Positions 36,270 to 51,130 of a stretch of 64,000 nucleotides of DNA are shown here, piece by piece. The notes under the pieces are model-generated. The model saw only the letters and a list, made by a program, of their open reading frames with translations, did not search any database and was not told the DNA's origin. The stretch comes from Octopus vulgaris (lineage: Eukaryota). The stretch lies in the NCBI GenBank assembly GCA_951406725.2, contig OX597838.1, positions 26,040,001-26,104,000 of the forward strand, given 5' to 3'. The position numbers were made by a program, and so were the translations under genes. Position 1 is the first letter of the stretch. Every line of letters begins with the position of its first letter.

Positions 36270-36875
36270 CTATTTCTTTACTACCCACAAGGGGCTAAAC
36301 ACAGAGGGGACAAACAAGGACAGACAAACGGATTAAGTCGATTACATCGACACCAGTGCGTAACTGGTACTTAATTTATCGACCGCGAAAGGACGAAAAG
36401 CAAAGTCGACCGCGGCGGAATTTGAACTCAGAACTTAGCGGCAGACGAAATACCTATTTCTTTACTACTCACAAGGGGCTAAACACAGAGGGAACAAACA
36501 AGGACAGACAGACGGATTAAGTCGATTACATTGACCCCAGTGCGTAACTGGTACTTAATTTATCGACCCCGAAAGGATGAAAGGCAAAGTCGACCTCGGC
36601 GGAATTTGAACTCAGAACTTAGCGGCAGACGAAATACCTATTTCTTTACTACCCACAAGGGGCTAAACACAGAGGCAACAAACAAGGACAGACAGACAGA
36701 CGGATGAAGTCGATTATACCGACCCCAGTGCGTAACTGGTACTTATTTAATCGACCCCGAAAGGGTGAAAGGCGAAGTCGACCTCGGCGGAATTTGAACT
36801 CAGAACGTAACAGCAAACGAAATACCGCTAGGCATTTCGCCCGACGTGCTAACGTTTCTGCCAGCTCGCTGCCTT
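36270..36875 (-). mobile_element. SINE family 3 concatemer: one head plus three ~187-bp bodies
   Basis: Junction GCAGACGAAATACCTATTTCTTTACTAC recurs; single head at 36825-36875. Confidence 0.85.
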
Positions 36876-37563
36876 GCGATATTATTCCCTAAGTACATAA
36901 AAAACATCCAAAGATTTTGTCGGCTGTATTTGATTGAAAAGATTTCAATTATTATTATGATAAGAAATTATTATCTCCACTTATAACTGTAAACTTGTGC
37001 TTATGTTAGAAATTATGAGGGTAGCAAGTTAGTAGATACGTCAAACTGTTGGATAACATCACTTCCGCTATTTTGTTAAAGCACTTACATTCTGGTTTCA
37101 TATCTTGTTGAGGTAAACTTTGTGTTTCTTTTTTATCCTTCCGGTGTCGGTAAAACAACACATCAGTCAGGTACTGGGTCGATGTAATAACTAACATTAA
37201 ACAAAATTTAAGGCCTTGTACCTATTCGTTCCTTTTAAGGTAATCGTTAGTGTTGAAAAAATTGCTTTGCGGTATTTGTTCCGGCTCTTTTCCTTTTGAG
37301 TTGAAATCCAGCGAAGATCACATTTACTTTCACTTTTTCAGGGGTCGATAAAATAAAGTACCAATCAAATGTTGTGATTGATTTAATAGAGTTACCCTTC
37401 TTAAAACTGCTTGTCTTGTGCCTAAATTAGAAAACATTAGTCTGGCATTAAGCTTATGAGATCGTTTGAGCGTCGGACAAAATGCTTTGTGTGATTTCCA
37501 ACTCTTTATATTCTGAATTTAAATCTCGCCGATTGCATCTTTGCCTTCCATCCTTTCAGAGAC

Positions 37564-38086
37564 GATGAGAATGGAGTTAATTTTTATTAAAACAGCATAT
37601 GGTCCATTGGCTAATGTGCGTATAGCTTGGTCAAGCTAGAATTAAATAAAGAATATCACACGAAACAGCGTTGATTGAAATATATTCGTTCAAAGTCATA
37701 TTCAACATGTTCGCGTGCACTCGGACGTGATAAGTCCTTCCCCTGCGTAGCTAGCCTCCGAAGAAACATGTGACAGATTTGGCGATCGCAGGTGAGAAAG
37801 TGAAAGGACACAGAAACGCATGTGTCCTACGATCCAATGACGTCATTCACAGCCCATTTTATGATTACACAAGCGGAAGATTTTCTCTCGGGTCTAGCTC
37901 TGTAGCAGGTCTTCTCATGCCCGAGTGCACACGAACATGTTGAATATGTCTGTACACGAATATATTTCATTCAACACCTCATCATGCGAAATATTTATTT
38001 AATTGTAGCTTGACCAAGCTATACGCACGCGCACCAGCAATTGTATACTATGTGCTGTTTTAATATAAAATAATTTCGTTCTTATC
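37564..38086. mobile_element. Old MITE with ~170-bp imperfect TIRs
   Basis: GTGCGTATAGCTTGGTCAAGCTA / TAGCTTGACCAAGCTATACGCAC and ATATTCAACATGTTCGCGTGCACTCGG / CCGAGTGCACACGAACATGTTGAATAT; related pieces at 38090-38310 and 46095-46445. Confidence 0.8.
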
Positions 38087-38850
38087 TAGTTGCAAATGAC
38101 AGATTTGGTAATCGTAGCGAAAAACACATAAACGATCCAGTGACATCTTTCACAGCCCAAAATATGTTTGTCACATGTTTAGGAGGAGAATTTTTTTCCC
38201 CGAGTCTTTCTCTGCAGCGGAAGGCTTTCTCAACTCCGAATGCACTCGAATATGTTAAATATAACTTTACATAAATATAATTCAGCGCGCTACTTCGTGC
38301 GACGTTATATATATTTGTTCCGGCTCTTTACCTTCTGAGTTCAAATTCAGCCAAGATCCAATTTACTTTCACTCTTTCGGGGGTCGAAAGTGCGTGTGTA
38401 TTTTTGTTGTATTTGGTAGAATTTTTCCATGTCTTGGGGACAGATCAGTATTAACTTTTATCTCATATCTCTCCTCAAGTGTATTAGTTATCATAAATGA
38501 TGTTTTCATTTTCATACTTGCAAACTTGAGCGATATAGCTACCGATCTATTTCCCTGCAGGAGATGTTGTTTCAGTGTTACAATTCATATATCATATGAT
38601 ATCAATACAGCCTTAAGTCCCTGGCTTCTCCCTTTGCATAGAAATTGCGATCTGTCAACGTTCACCTCCGTCTTAAATATTCCCATTAAACACTAGAGGG
38701 CTTCCGATTTCTTACATCCATCTTGTGACTAATTCATTTTGTCGAATATAGATGTCAGCACAGGGACGCTACAGATGCTGGAAGTGTTATTGCTAATTGT
38801 CCATCGTACCTGACATTCCTGTCTTGTCAAAGTTATTTGTAATTCTCATA

Positions 38851-39060
38851 CTCTTTTACTCTTTTGCTTGTTTCAGTCATTTGACTGCGGCCATGCTGGA
38901 GCACCACCTTTAGTCGAGCAAATCGACCCCGGGACTTATTCTTTGTAAGCCCAGTACTTATTCTATCGGTCTCTTTTGCCGAACCGCTAAGTGACGGGGA
39001 CGTAAACACACCAGCATCGGTTGTCAAGCAATGCTGGGGGGGACAAACACAGACACACAA

Positions 39061-39133
<73 letters not shown>

Positions 39134-39295
39134 TACGACAGGCTTCTTTCAGTTTCCGTCTATCAAATCCACTCACAAGGCATTGGTCGGCCCGGAGCTA
39201 TAGCAGAAGACACTTGCCCAAGATGCCACGCTGTGGGACTGAGCCCGGAACCATGTCGTTGGTTAGCAAGCTACTTACCACACAGCCCCACTCCT
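38851..39295 (-). mobile_element. SINE family 1
   Basis: Full-length reverse-complement copy. Confidence 0.88.
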
Positions 39296-40385
39296 GTTTA
39301 TGATTGTTACAGAAGGGCACAAGTTTTCCTTGTCTTGCCTCTGAAGAGCATATTGAGACTCACGAAATTTCATTACAATCTTAGCAGATTATTGGTTAAT
39401 GAATTCCAGTGGATTTTTAATGTGATTAATACTTAGTTCATACAACCTCAGGTCGTCTACAAATTTTAATATAAAAGCGAGTGACGCTTCTGAATTCAGG
39501 TGATCCTTTTCTGTAAACACTATGTTTTGTGAGCACATACGACAATGGCTTGAAAGAAAAAAAGAACAGGCAAGAACAATGCAGACAAACTATCACCCTG
39601 CAGGATGCCTTTTTAAATAATGTATGGTACTACATGTTATAGACTGAGTTTTACCTTTCAGAAGTGAGGAGAAGTGTACCAAGTCTTCATGTACCAACAG
39701 CAGCTGTCATGTTGTGATCATGTACCAACAGCAGCTATCTTTAGTTGTGAAACTTAGGCAAATTGTACTTCTTTCATAATACATTCAAATAGTAGTGGTA
39801 GTAGTCGTGATGGTGGTAGCAGTGGTAGTAGTAGTGGTGGTAGTAGTGGTAGTAGTAGTGGTGGTGGTGACAGTTGCAATAGTAGTAATAGTGGTGGTGG
39901 TAATAGTAGTAGTAGTAGTGGTGGTGGTGGTAGTAGTTGTTGTTGTTGTAGTGGTGTTGGTGGTGGTGGTATTAGCGATTGTGGTGGTGGTGGTAGTAGT
40001 TGAAAGACGTCCAGTTGACAGAATCATCATCAGCACCGCCGGACAGAATGGCGAGCGATATTTCGTTTGTCTTTGTATTCTGAGTTCAAATTCCGTCGAA
40101 GCTGACCTGACTTAGCTTTTCATCCTTTCGGAATTGATAAAATGAGAAACCAGTCAAGCATTAACACCCTTCCACAGATGTCAGTCCTTATGTTTTCTTC
40201 TTCTTCTTCTTCTTCTTCTTCTTCTTCTTCTTCTTCTTCTTCTTCTTCTTCTTCTTCTTCTTCTGCTCCTCCTCCTCCCCCCTCCTCCTCCTTTCTTTCT
40301 TTCTTTCTTTCTTTCTGTCTTCTTTCTACTTTTCCTTCTTCTTAATGATGAGGATGATAATGGTGGTGATAGTGGCGATGATAAT

Positions 40386-40420
<35 letters not shown>

Positions 40421-40989
40421 CCATAGCGGTTGTGGTAGTGATATCGATGACGACGACGATGATGATGAATGACCACCACGACGGCGTTGGTCATCAGGAT
40501 GATGGTGATGATGACGACGTCGACAATGACGATGGCGTAAAGATGGTGAAGACGACGACGACGACGATTTCTGTTTGACTGTTTTCAGCTTTGTTCATTT
40601 GTTTAATTAATTACAATATTGTATTACGCGAGAAAATCTGTCAGGTGACCATCATAACAGATTAGTGACGGTGGCGGTTGAGGTGTTGCTGGTGTCACGA
40701 TGGCGATGGTGGCGGTAGTGGTGGAGGAGGTGGTAGGGATGGAGGTGGTGCCGGTGGTTTTTGAAGATTTTTTAATAGTGCTGTCGGCGGTTGTATAGTG
40801 TAGGTGCAGTGATGGTGATGTGGTGGCGATGATGATGATGATGGTAGTGGTTGGTATTGGTGATCTTGTTTATGTGCCGGTGGCGGCGGCAGCGATGATG
40901 ATTATGGTATAATGGCTGGTGGTAGGAGTGCTGATGTTGCGAAGAGAGATGAGAGAGGAGGAGTGAGAGGGAGAGAGAGAGTGCGTGTG

Positions 40990-41791
<802 letters not shown>

Positions 41792-41889
41792 ATGCATGTA
41801 TGTATAAATATATATGTATTTATCTATACGCATGTATATATATATAAATAAATATATATACATATATATATAGTATACATATACATACA

Positions 41890-41929
<40 letters not shown>

Positions 41930-41940
41930 TATATGTATAC

Positions 41941-41987
<47 letters not shown>

Positions 41988-42122
41988 TACATACACATAC
42001 CTCCATATGTATGTGTATACACACACATATGTGTATGTGTGTATACACACACACACATATATACGCACACAAGCGTACATGCGCATATGTATATATATGT
42101 GTGTGTGTGTAATGTTTATATG

Positions 42123-42168
<46 letters not shown>

Positions 42169-43219
42169 GCATAAACATGTGCGTGCGCGCGTGTGTGTAT
42201 GGATATACACATATATATCGAAAGAGAGAGGGAGAGAGGAGAGAAAGGGTGGTAGGGTGAGAAAGATAGTGGAGAAATGAGTGGCAGCAGAAGATAAATG
42301 GAAGCGGAGGAAGGCGAGGAGGTGGAGAAGAGAAAAATAAGTTGAACAGCTGTGTGTCTGCCTGTCTAGTTATAAAAAGTTCATTAAGTAATAGAGAAAA
42401 ATAAATGAATAAAAAGTAGAAGAAAAAAAAAACTTAAAATAATAAACAAACAAACAAAAAAAAAAAATCAACGAAAATACAAAAAATGCCAAGAAATATA
42501 ATTTAGCTTTGGCACGATTAAAACAAAAATGAAAAAAAAAACAAAAGAAAAGAAAAGAAAAGAAAGCACACAACAACAACAGAAAATTAGCCGCTAAAAA
42601 ACAAACTGACAAACACATCTAAAAAACAAGAGAAATAAATTTCATAAGAAGAATAGGATTGTTTGTTCGGAAAGAATACCTCCTCACTGCCCTGGCGTTT
42701 ATAGGGAGGTGGTGATCCAGTTAGATATTGTGCTACACACGTCATCCTTGAGCAATATATCTTGAACTCATCACCTATGTGTGTATATATATATATATAT
42801 ATATAAACACACACATATACAGACATATACACACTTACACACAGACACACACACATACTTATATGCATATAAACATGTACATAATCAAATGTTTCTTTCT
42901 AGTTTGTTAACGAAAGTGGAGTATAGTACTCAATACACGATTTTGGGTGTGTTAGTGTTTTAAACTGAAGTTCCTTTTTCCGCAATTCGAATTTCATATC
43001 CACGTGATTTTCTCGCCTGAAGATCGCATTGGCGTGAAACTTGAGTTACGGCACAAAAGGATTTCCGTTTATACACACACACACACACACGTACGCTCAC
43101 ACTAACATGCACATACACACGCGCGCTCGCATACCCCCCCATATATATATACTTAGCATAGACTATACATACCTAGCATACACTTTATTACGCAGCTTCA
43201 ATAAGGTGATCCCTTTATA

Positions 43220-43925
43220 ATTACAGGGCTCGTTTTTCTCTTCCTTTTGAAAAAGAGAGATCATCACCCATGATTGCCATTACTTTGATGTCTTTCCAGA
43301 GGTTCGATACTCGAGTCAACCAGAGAATACCTTCTCTATTTAAGGCTTTTAACATCTCAGGTAGTTTTTCATTCTTGGAAAATGATAAAGAGAAATTGTT
43401 GGGCCAAGTTAATTGAAAAACAGTATGGTTTTCTGTCTTGGATGCAGCACAACAGATCAGATATTCACCCAACGGCGGGCCTTCGAGAAATCGTAGGAAT
43501 TATGGTAAGAGGTGTACGCTTGCTTTGTGGACCTCGATAAGGCATATGACTGCATCCTGCGGGACACACTGTGGAGAGTTTTGCAGGAATTGTAATTAAT
43601 AGGCAACTTCTGATTGCCGTGAAGTCCCTATACGAATGCCTAACTATTTGTTTGGATAAATGGAGCTAAGTCGAAACCTTTCAATGTGGATGTTGGACTT
43701 TGGTAGTGGTGTATATTGTCACCTGTCCTTTTCATAATTTCTCTAAACTGGATGAACATAGGCAGCTGTTGTGGATGTGGTATCACCATCAGTGGGTGCA
43801 AGATCAATCGGCTGATATCTGCAGACGACATGGTGATATTTCGCTCACCAGGGGGTGAACTTCAGCATACACTGAATGGGTTTGCTACTGAGCGCAGCAA
43901 GGCAGGAAGGAAAATTAGTAAAGAG
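43220..43925 (+). pseudogene. RTE-clade LINE reverse transcriptase fragment
   Basis: ..DQIFT..FEKS..VYACFVDLDKAYDCILRDTLWRVLQE..; LSPVLFII..INRLISADDMVIF; stops and frameshifts. Confidence 0.85.
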
Positions 43926-44083
43926 CCCCCTCCGATCATGAATGAGCATAGGATTGTACCTAGAAAATATCACCCACCACAAAATTGGTATTTAAGCAGT
44001 GTGTTACGTATCCAAGGCCCCAATGTATGTTTGTATGTAAAATGCACAAGACTGCGTGAATCAGGGCGGCATTAAGTTTAAAT

Positions 44084-44466
44084 GGAAGCACTCCGTCGGT
44101 TACGACGACGAGGGTTCCGGTTGATCCAATCAACGGAACAGCCTGCTCGTGAAATTAACGTGTAAGTGGCTGAGCATTCCACAGACACGTGTACCCTTAA
44201 CGTAGTTCTCGGGGATATTCAGCGTGACACAGAGAGTGACAAGGCCGGCCCTTTGAAATACAGGTACAACAGAAACAGGAAGTAAGAGTGAGAGAAAGTC
44301 GTGGTGAAAGAGTACAGCAGGGATCATCACCATCCCCTGCCGAAGCCTCGTGGAGCTTTAGGTGTTTTCGCTCAATAAACACTCACAACGCCCGGTGTGG
44401 GAATCGAAACCGCGATCCTACGACCGCGAGTCCGCTGCCCTAACCACTGGGCCATTGCGCCTCCAC
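44084..44466 (-). mobile_element. tRNA-derived SINE family 2, full length with 11-bp TSD
   Basis: Head TGGCCCAGTGGTTAGGGC...GGTTTCGATTCCC; TAAGTTTAAAT at 44073-44083 and 44467-44477. Confidence 0.9.
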
Positions 44467-45072
44467 TAAGTTTAAATATTACAAATATTAATTGTGATCG
44501 GAGACCACAAAGATGCAAATTAAGCTAAGCGCTACTATCAACGCCTAATTTCTGCTTTATGTATCAACTGAAGAATCTCTGATATCGACTGGTAAAGGAA
44601 ATAGGTAAATAGGCCTCCTCTAAAGAGCAATATAGAAAATGTGAGACTCTTCGTCACGAGTGTTCTTCCTCTTTGTCTGCACATCAAAAGCTTAGACAGA
44701 TCGTATTTAAAATCTAGTAATTAATTTATCATGGCTTAGATTCTCTCTAATTTAAAAATGTATTCCAGTCATTCTGGTTCACGTTGTGATGTGCATAAAA
44801 TACATATTACTTAATTAACGACGAGCCTCCTATAGCATAAATATGCAAACTAAGCTATCCGCTTGGAAAAATAACTTAAGTTCTGATTGGTTCGTGTAAT
44901 TGTTAAATATCGTATGATATCGATTAGGGTAGAAAATCAGGTATGCTTCCTCCGAAGAGCGGTGAACAAGCTGCAAAACGATCCGTCAAGTGTCTCCTCC
45001 TTTTTTCTGCACATCAAAAACATCGAAGGGATGCGATTATATTAATTTTCTATCACAGCATGTGCATATATC

Positions 45073-45151
<79 letters not shown>

Positions 45152-45154
<3 letters not shown>

Positions 45155-45634
45155 CTGAACGCAGATTGAACAGAAATCGTTTTATTTCATTCTACACGTG
45201 TTTCGAAAGGCACAAATTACCAAAATCCGATGGAATAATGGGACCATATTGTGTCGCCATGGGCTCTTAGGAGCATAGTTCGATTTGTTTTTGCTCCGCC
45301 TCTGTTCTGTTTTTGTTTTTCCAACGGATTTCCTATTTTCTTCCTGAAGAGAAAGACACAATATGGTCCCATTATTCCATCGGATTTTGGTAATTTGTGC
45401 CTTTCGAAACACGTGTAGAATGAAATAAAACGATTTCTGTTCAATCTGCGTTCAGCTCCATTTCTTCAATTCACCAATAATGTTCTAATTTCAATTATCC
45501 GCACCAACGCACGGTTGCAACACCATATGGTTGTACCTCCAACCGTGCTGTTTTACTGCTGTGATTTTTGCTACTAAGGTATCGGTTAAACTTTTGATTA
45601 ATCTACTACAAGATTATTCATCTTTCTATTTCAC

Positions 45635-45638
<4 letters not shown>
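45152..45638. mobile_element. Second copy of the 41108-41720 hammerhead element, with a shorter (~104-bp) inverted arm
   Basis: Direct unit 45254-45638 is nearly identical to 41337-41720; hammerhead at 45338-45424; (TA)n on both sides. Confidence 0.9.
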
Positions 45639-45692
<54 letters not shown>

Positions 45693-45910
45693 GTGGAAAA
45701 AAACGCAATACAGGACATAAATGTTCGGACAGATAGACGACACATAGACAGACAAGAGAAACAACAATTAGAAGGACAGACAAAAAAAGATGGGTCATTC
45801 TTGGCTTTCTTTCATCAATCAAGTCCCAGAAGTCATGACCATTTCGAGCAGTTACACTTGAGATGGTTCGATCTGGTTGCCCATATATATAAACAATTTC
45901 AGAGTGGACG

Positions 45911-46095
45911 CCGTTAGATTCACTTCAACATTTAAATTTAATTTGTGTCAAAATATTTTCGTCGATTTGACACAAATTGAATTTAAATGTTGAAGTGAAC
46001 CTAACGGTGTTTTGTGTGTGTTTTAAATGGCTTATAAACACCTTCCACACTGCAATTGTTTTCGCTTCAGCAAACGATCTCAGATCAAGTCACAC
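45911..46095. mobile_element. PLE-like hairpin plus tail
   Basis: CCGTTAGATTCACTTCAACATTTAAATT.. / ..AATTTAAATGTTGAAGTGAACCTAACGG; same family as 14505-14745. Confidence 0.55.
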
Positions 46096-46439
46096 ATATA
46101 TATTCGTTTAAAGTCATGTTTAAACACATTCTCGTGAAATCGGACGTGATAAGACTTTTTGCTGTAGGAATAATCCTGGGAGAGAACTCTCCTACATGGC
46201 ATGTGTAAATACGCATCTTATTTTGGGCTGTGACTATGTCATTGGACTGTGTGACGTATGCACTTCTGCGTCATTGCGTTTCGTCAGCCACAAAAACCAA
46301 ATCAGTCGCTCACAGCGCAGTAAGAATAGAACTACATATATGGAAAAAGCAAACGGAATGCTTGCTGATGTGTGGAGCGCTTGGTCAAGCTAAAGACAAA
46401 TAAATAACGTCGCACGAAGCTGCGTTGAATAAAATATAT

Positions 46440-46620
46440 TCAGCTAATGACATCTAGAGAGACCAGGTGGTTGTGTATCAAGTACTGACACAGAAGGACT
46501 AGGTGGTTATGTATCAGTTAATGACATCCAGAAATACCAGATGGCTGTGTATCAGCTAATTACACCGAGAGGAACCAGGTGGTTATGTATTTGATAGTGA
46601 CACCCAGAGGGACCAGTTTA
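46440..46620. repeat. Diverged ~37-bp minisatellite, about 5 units
   Basis: GAC..AGA..ACCAGGTGGTT(A/G)TGTATCAG recurs. Confidence 0.75.
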
Positions 46621-47520
46621 CTATGTTAAACAGTTAACCAAACGAGTGTTTTCTCTACTGATTTCAATAATCCAGTTTCATTCACATATCTTGAATCGAG
46701 CTGATGCTGTAGTAGAAAAAATATGCATATATCATTGAGTTGTTAAATGGAATATAGAACTACATATTTACGAAGTGAACTTTTTAACTGAACAACCACG
46801 CAGTTGTATTAAAACTGTTGATCATACACTGGTCACAAACGGAAATTCTGATCAACTATTTCGTATGACTTTGTAAGGCAGCGCTCAACGCTCTCTATAG
46901 ATCAAAGTGAAATAGAGTTAAGTTCAAAGACTAACAGTACGATAATATGAATAAAAATGAAAGGAAGATGTCTTTTATGGAATATAAGAATTCTATGAAG
47001 TCTTCAGTTCTAATTATGGTTTTCAGACGTAAGAAATCCAACGACATTGTGCTGAAGCTAGTTTCTGAGATTAAAGTGTTTGAATTGAAGGAAGAAAGAG
47101 AAAGGGTTAATTGGTGCAATTGGTAGCATGTCGATCATGTCTACAGAAGATGCGTGTTTCGAGTCTTGTAGGTAACTTCCCGTCTATCTTTCATTCCAAG
47201 GTCGTTCACCGATCACTTTTTTGTTTATTTATTTCTATTATAGACACGAGGCCTGAAATTTTGAGGGAAGGGGGTTAGTCGATTCCAGAGAATACCATTT
47301 CCCGATTGTTACTTATTTTATAAACCACGAAAGGATGAAAGGCAAAGTCCACCTCGATTAGATTTAAGCTCAGAACGTAAAGATCTGGAAGAAACGCAGC
47401 TAAGCGTGTTGTCCGGCTCGCTAACGATTCTGCTAACTTGCCGTCCTTTATTCGGCCGAAACATTACAAATTACTATTGACAGCCATATTCGCTCCGGGT
47501 ATGCAGTTAAATGACACACA

Positions 47521-47593
<73 letters not shown>

Positions 47594-47605
47594 GCGCGCG
47601 CGCGC

Positions 47606-47935
47606 GTAGGCGTGTCTGTGTCGTAAGAAGCTTGCTTTCCAACCACATAGTTCCGGGTTCAGTCCCACTTCGTGGGACCTTGGGCAGCTGTCCAATAAGA
47701 GAAGCCTGTTGTATGTATATGTGTGTGTGTGTGTTTGTACCTGTGTTCGCCCCCAGCTACTGCATGACGACCGGTGTGTTTATGCCACTGTAAGTTAGTG
47801 GTTTGGCAAAGGAGATCGATAGAATAAGTATCAGGCTTAAAAAAAAAGTACTGGGGTCGATTCATTCCACTAAAAATTCTTCAAGACAGTGTCCCAGCAT
47901 GGCTGCAGTCTAATGACTGAAACCTGTAAAAGAAA
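47606..47935 (+). mobile_element. SINE family 1, diverged and internally deleted
   Basis: Recognisable head and tail. Confidence 0.7.
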
Positions 47936-47965
47936 AAAATATATACATGCATACACACACATACG

Positions 47966-48040
<75 letters not shown>

Positions 48041-48143
48041 ATATATAGTGAATCCAAACAAAGAAGAACAAACAAGGAAAAACAACGCGAGGACGTGGTA
48101 CAAATACTGTATTATCAGACGATCAGGAAAGGAAAGAAAGAGG

Positions 48144-48178
48144 ATTTTACGTTTCGAGCAAAGCTCTTCTTCAGAAAT
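48144..48178 (-). ncRNA. Minimal hammerhead ribozyme in PLE-like fragment 48048-48252
   Basis: Minus strand: ATTT-CTGAAGA-A-GAGC TTT GCTC-GAAACGTA-AAAT. Confidence 0.7.
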
Positions 48179-48251
48179 AGAGGAAAGTCCAAAAGAAGGG
48201 AAAACGGAGGAAGAAAATCGCCAACGATACATACGTGGTTACATTTTGAAA

Positions 48252-48317
<66 letters not shown>

Positions 48318-48624
48318 CATATATATATGAAGCATCCATATTTGTGTGTATGTGTGCCGATACATTCACGTGTGGAAAATTTGACTTCCCGTTTGTCAAA
48401 TAAGCGCCCTCGATTCATGGCAGTAAAATATTTAATGATAATATGATCTCTTCTAAAGGCTCAAGGCCCAAAATTTTGGGAGAGGACCAGTCAATTACAT
48501 CGACCTATGTTTCACTTGGACTTAATTTATCAACACCGAAAGGATGAAAGTCAACCCCGGTGGCATCTGAACCCAGAACGTAAAGACAGGCGATTTTAAC
48601 AATAACAATAATAGTAATGATAAT

Positions 48625-49183
48625 AAATGCTCTGATGCACTGTCAGGCAGTGGCTCTCATGGCTTCTGATCTTAACTGATTGGGAGCGTTATCATGTACA
48701 TTGTTTTGTTTTGGTATAAAAGATGGGCTACAGCAAATATTCTGCTCAATACAGCAGATTTACTTGTCAGTTGTTTGACCTTAACCAGTTGAGCATGTCT
48801 CTTACTGGCTGACGATATGTGCATCTCTGATCACAAGCAGAAGTAGTGGGGGAGCATTGCAGCCATGTGTTGAGGGGGATTCTTTGGGGTTTGAATAATT
48901 CACCTTTGGAAACATGGGTGTTTTGTTCAACATCCTTAAGCAACCTTTATTCAGGGACCGTTTTAGCAGGATAGGCTACTCGACCTAAAGAAAATTCTAA
49001 CTGGGCCCCCACCTGCAAGGTCATGCGCTGTTTATCTTGATATGAGATCATCATGTTATGCACATATGGTTGTGATGCATGTGCCTGGTGCACCCTTATC
49101 AGACAGGTAGTCATGATGGGTATATTGGGCTTCGTATATTTTACCCCAGTGTCACTTCGATGGCATGCACTGCTCTCTCATTC

Positions 49184-49185
<2 letters not shown>
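48625..49185. mobile_element. ~560-bp non-coding insertion flanked by (TAA)n on both sides
   Basis: Complex sequence bounded by (AAT)n at 48598-48626 and 49184-49220. Confidence 0.45.
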
Positions 49186-49220
<35 letters not shown>

Positions 49221-49689
49221 GTAATCCTTTCTTCTATAGGACTCAAAATTATGGAGGAAGAGTCTAGTCGATTACATTGACCTCAGTACTCAACTGGTTC
49301 TTATTAAATCGATGAAAGGCAAAGTCGACCGTAGCTGAGTTTGATCTCATTACGAAAAGAGAGGAAAATTTATTAACAAGGGAAGCGATATTAACACCAA
49401 AAGGCAATCTTTATATCCAACTAAACGTGGTTGTATTGCTTGAAGAAGCGCAGTACGCTGAAATCCATGCATCGATATGAGAAGACCCGCCAAATCGTAT
49501 GCCGCTGTATTTGGCGTTCTAACAATACATCCATCTGAAACTGGAAATAAGGATGGTTTCTTGTTATTCATACTGCCTACCTCACTAATAATTATATAAT
49601 ACTTACATAAATAAATACATACACAGACACGCATACACACTCACATACATATATGTATATTTATGTGTGTATGTATGTATATATGTATA

Positions 49690-50110
49690 TAAAACTTAGA
49701 TATGTTTCGACCAAAGATTGGTCCAGGCCATGTCTAACTTAATAGCACCACCTGATAGGATTACCTAAATCCTGTTTAAGTCAAGTTTTGTTTATGGTCC
49801 ATTCAAGTAGTGAGTTTTTGTTGGGTGAGTTGTATCCAATTATGGGTGGCTTATCTGGTATTCCTTGAAGGAATCTATCCAGACTCCGTTTAAAGTTGAT
49901 GGGATCCTTTTCCTCTTTGATCTCTTTCGGGACAATGTTAAATAGGGCAGGGCCTGTTGAGGAAAAGAAATTATGTTGCAGTGTACATGTATGTGCTGTG
50001 ATCTTGAATTGGGCAGGGGACATATGGCCCGTGGTCCCAGTCTTGGATGAACCTTGAAGCTAATGTTCAGGTCGTTGGGGAAAAGTTGGCGGTATATTCT
50101 CCACATCGTA
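49690..50110 (-). pseudogene. 3' end of a CR1/L2-group LINE ORF2 plus 3' UTR
   Basis: WRIY...PNDLNISFKVHPRLG..; FSSTGPALFNIVPKEIK...FKRSLDRFLQGIPDKP...NSLLEW; terminal stem-loop GACCAATCTTTGGTC. Confidence 0.75.
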
Positions 50111-50662
50111 TGTATGTTTGTATGTATAATGCTAATTATATATATGTCCAGCACATTCAAGCAGAACATGACGTAGAAACACCTTTGTTGCTGTGACAGT
50201 CTTGGAAGAGAAATTCTCGTTATAGACGATGTATATGGAATCACACAGAGCTAACCCATAAATGACGACATCGGACTGTAAAAAAATGTTACTGCGTCAC
50301 ATTTCATCAGCAATAGACGTCAAGAGATCACTAAAACCTGTTGTTATGTAAATAGGAAGTGTTAAATTTGCTGGCGTGTGCAAAGCTTTATCAAGCTGAC
50401 AATAAATAAATTAAAGATACACTAAGCTGCGATGATTAAAATAAAGATGCGTGCATATATATTTAACGCGTCCGTGTACAGCTAAATGTGGAAAGATCCT
50501 TGGTGCGGTAATTTCTTAAACAACAGAAAATTCCACAATAAATGGAGCTCAGCTCGTTGAGAACGCCGTTCTTTGAAAAGTTCATTGTAGCTTGTGTACT
50601 AATTGGCCATCATGTTCATCATCATCGTCATCATCATCATTTGTCTTACTCTCTCTCTCTCT

Positions 50663-50746
<84 letters not shown>

Positions 50747-50946
50747 TTCTCTCTCTGTATATCTCTTTCTTTCTCTCTCACCCCATCTATCCTTATTTCT
50801 AATTCTACCTCTCTATTTACCTATCTCTATAATTTTCTTTCCCCTCCCTCTCCTTTCTCTCTCTCTGTATCTATCTTTCTAGCTAGCTCCATCTCTAATT
50901 CTCTTTGTGTGTCTGCCTATCTCTATCACCCCCCTCTCTGTATCCG

Positions 50947-50983
<37 letters not shown>

Positions 50984-51082
50984 CTCTCTCTCTCTTCCTC
51001 TCTCTCTCTCTCCCTCTCTTCCTCTCTTCCTCTCTCTCTCTCTCTCTCTCTCTTCCTCTCTCTATCTTCCTCTCTCTTTCTT

Positions 51083-51130
<48 letters not shown>

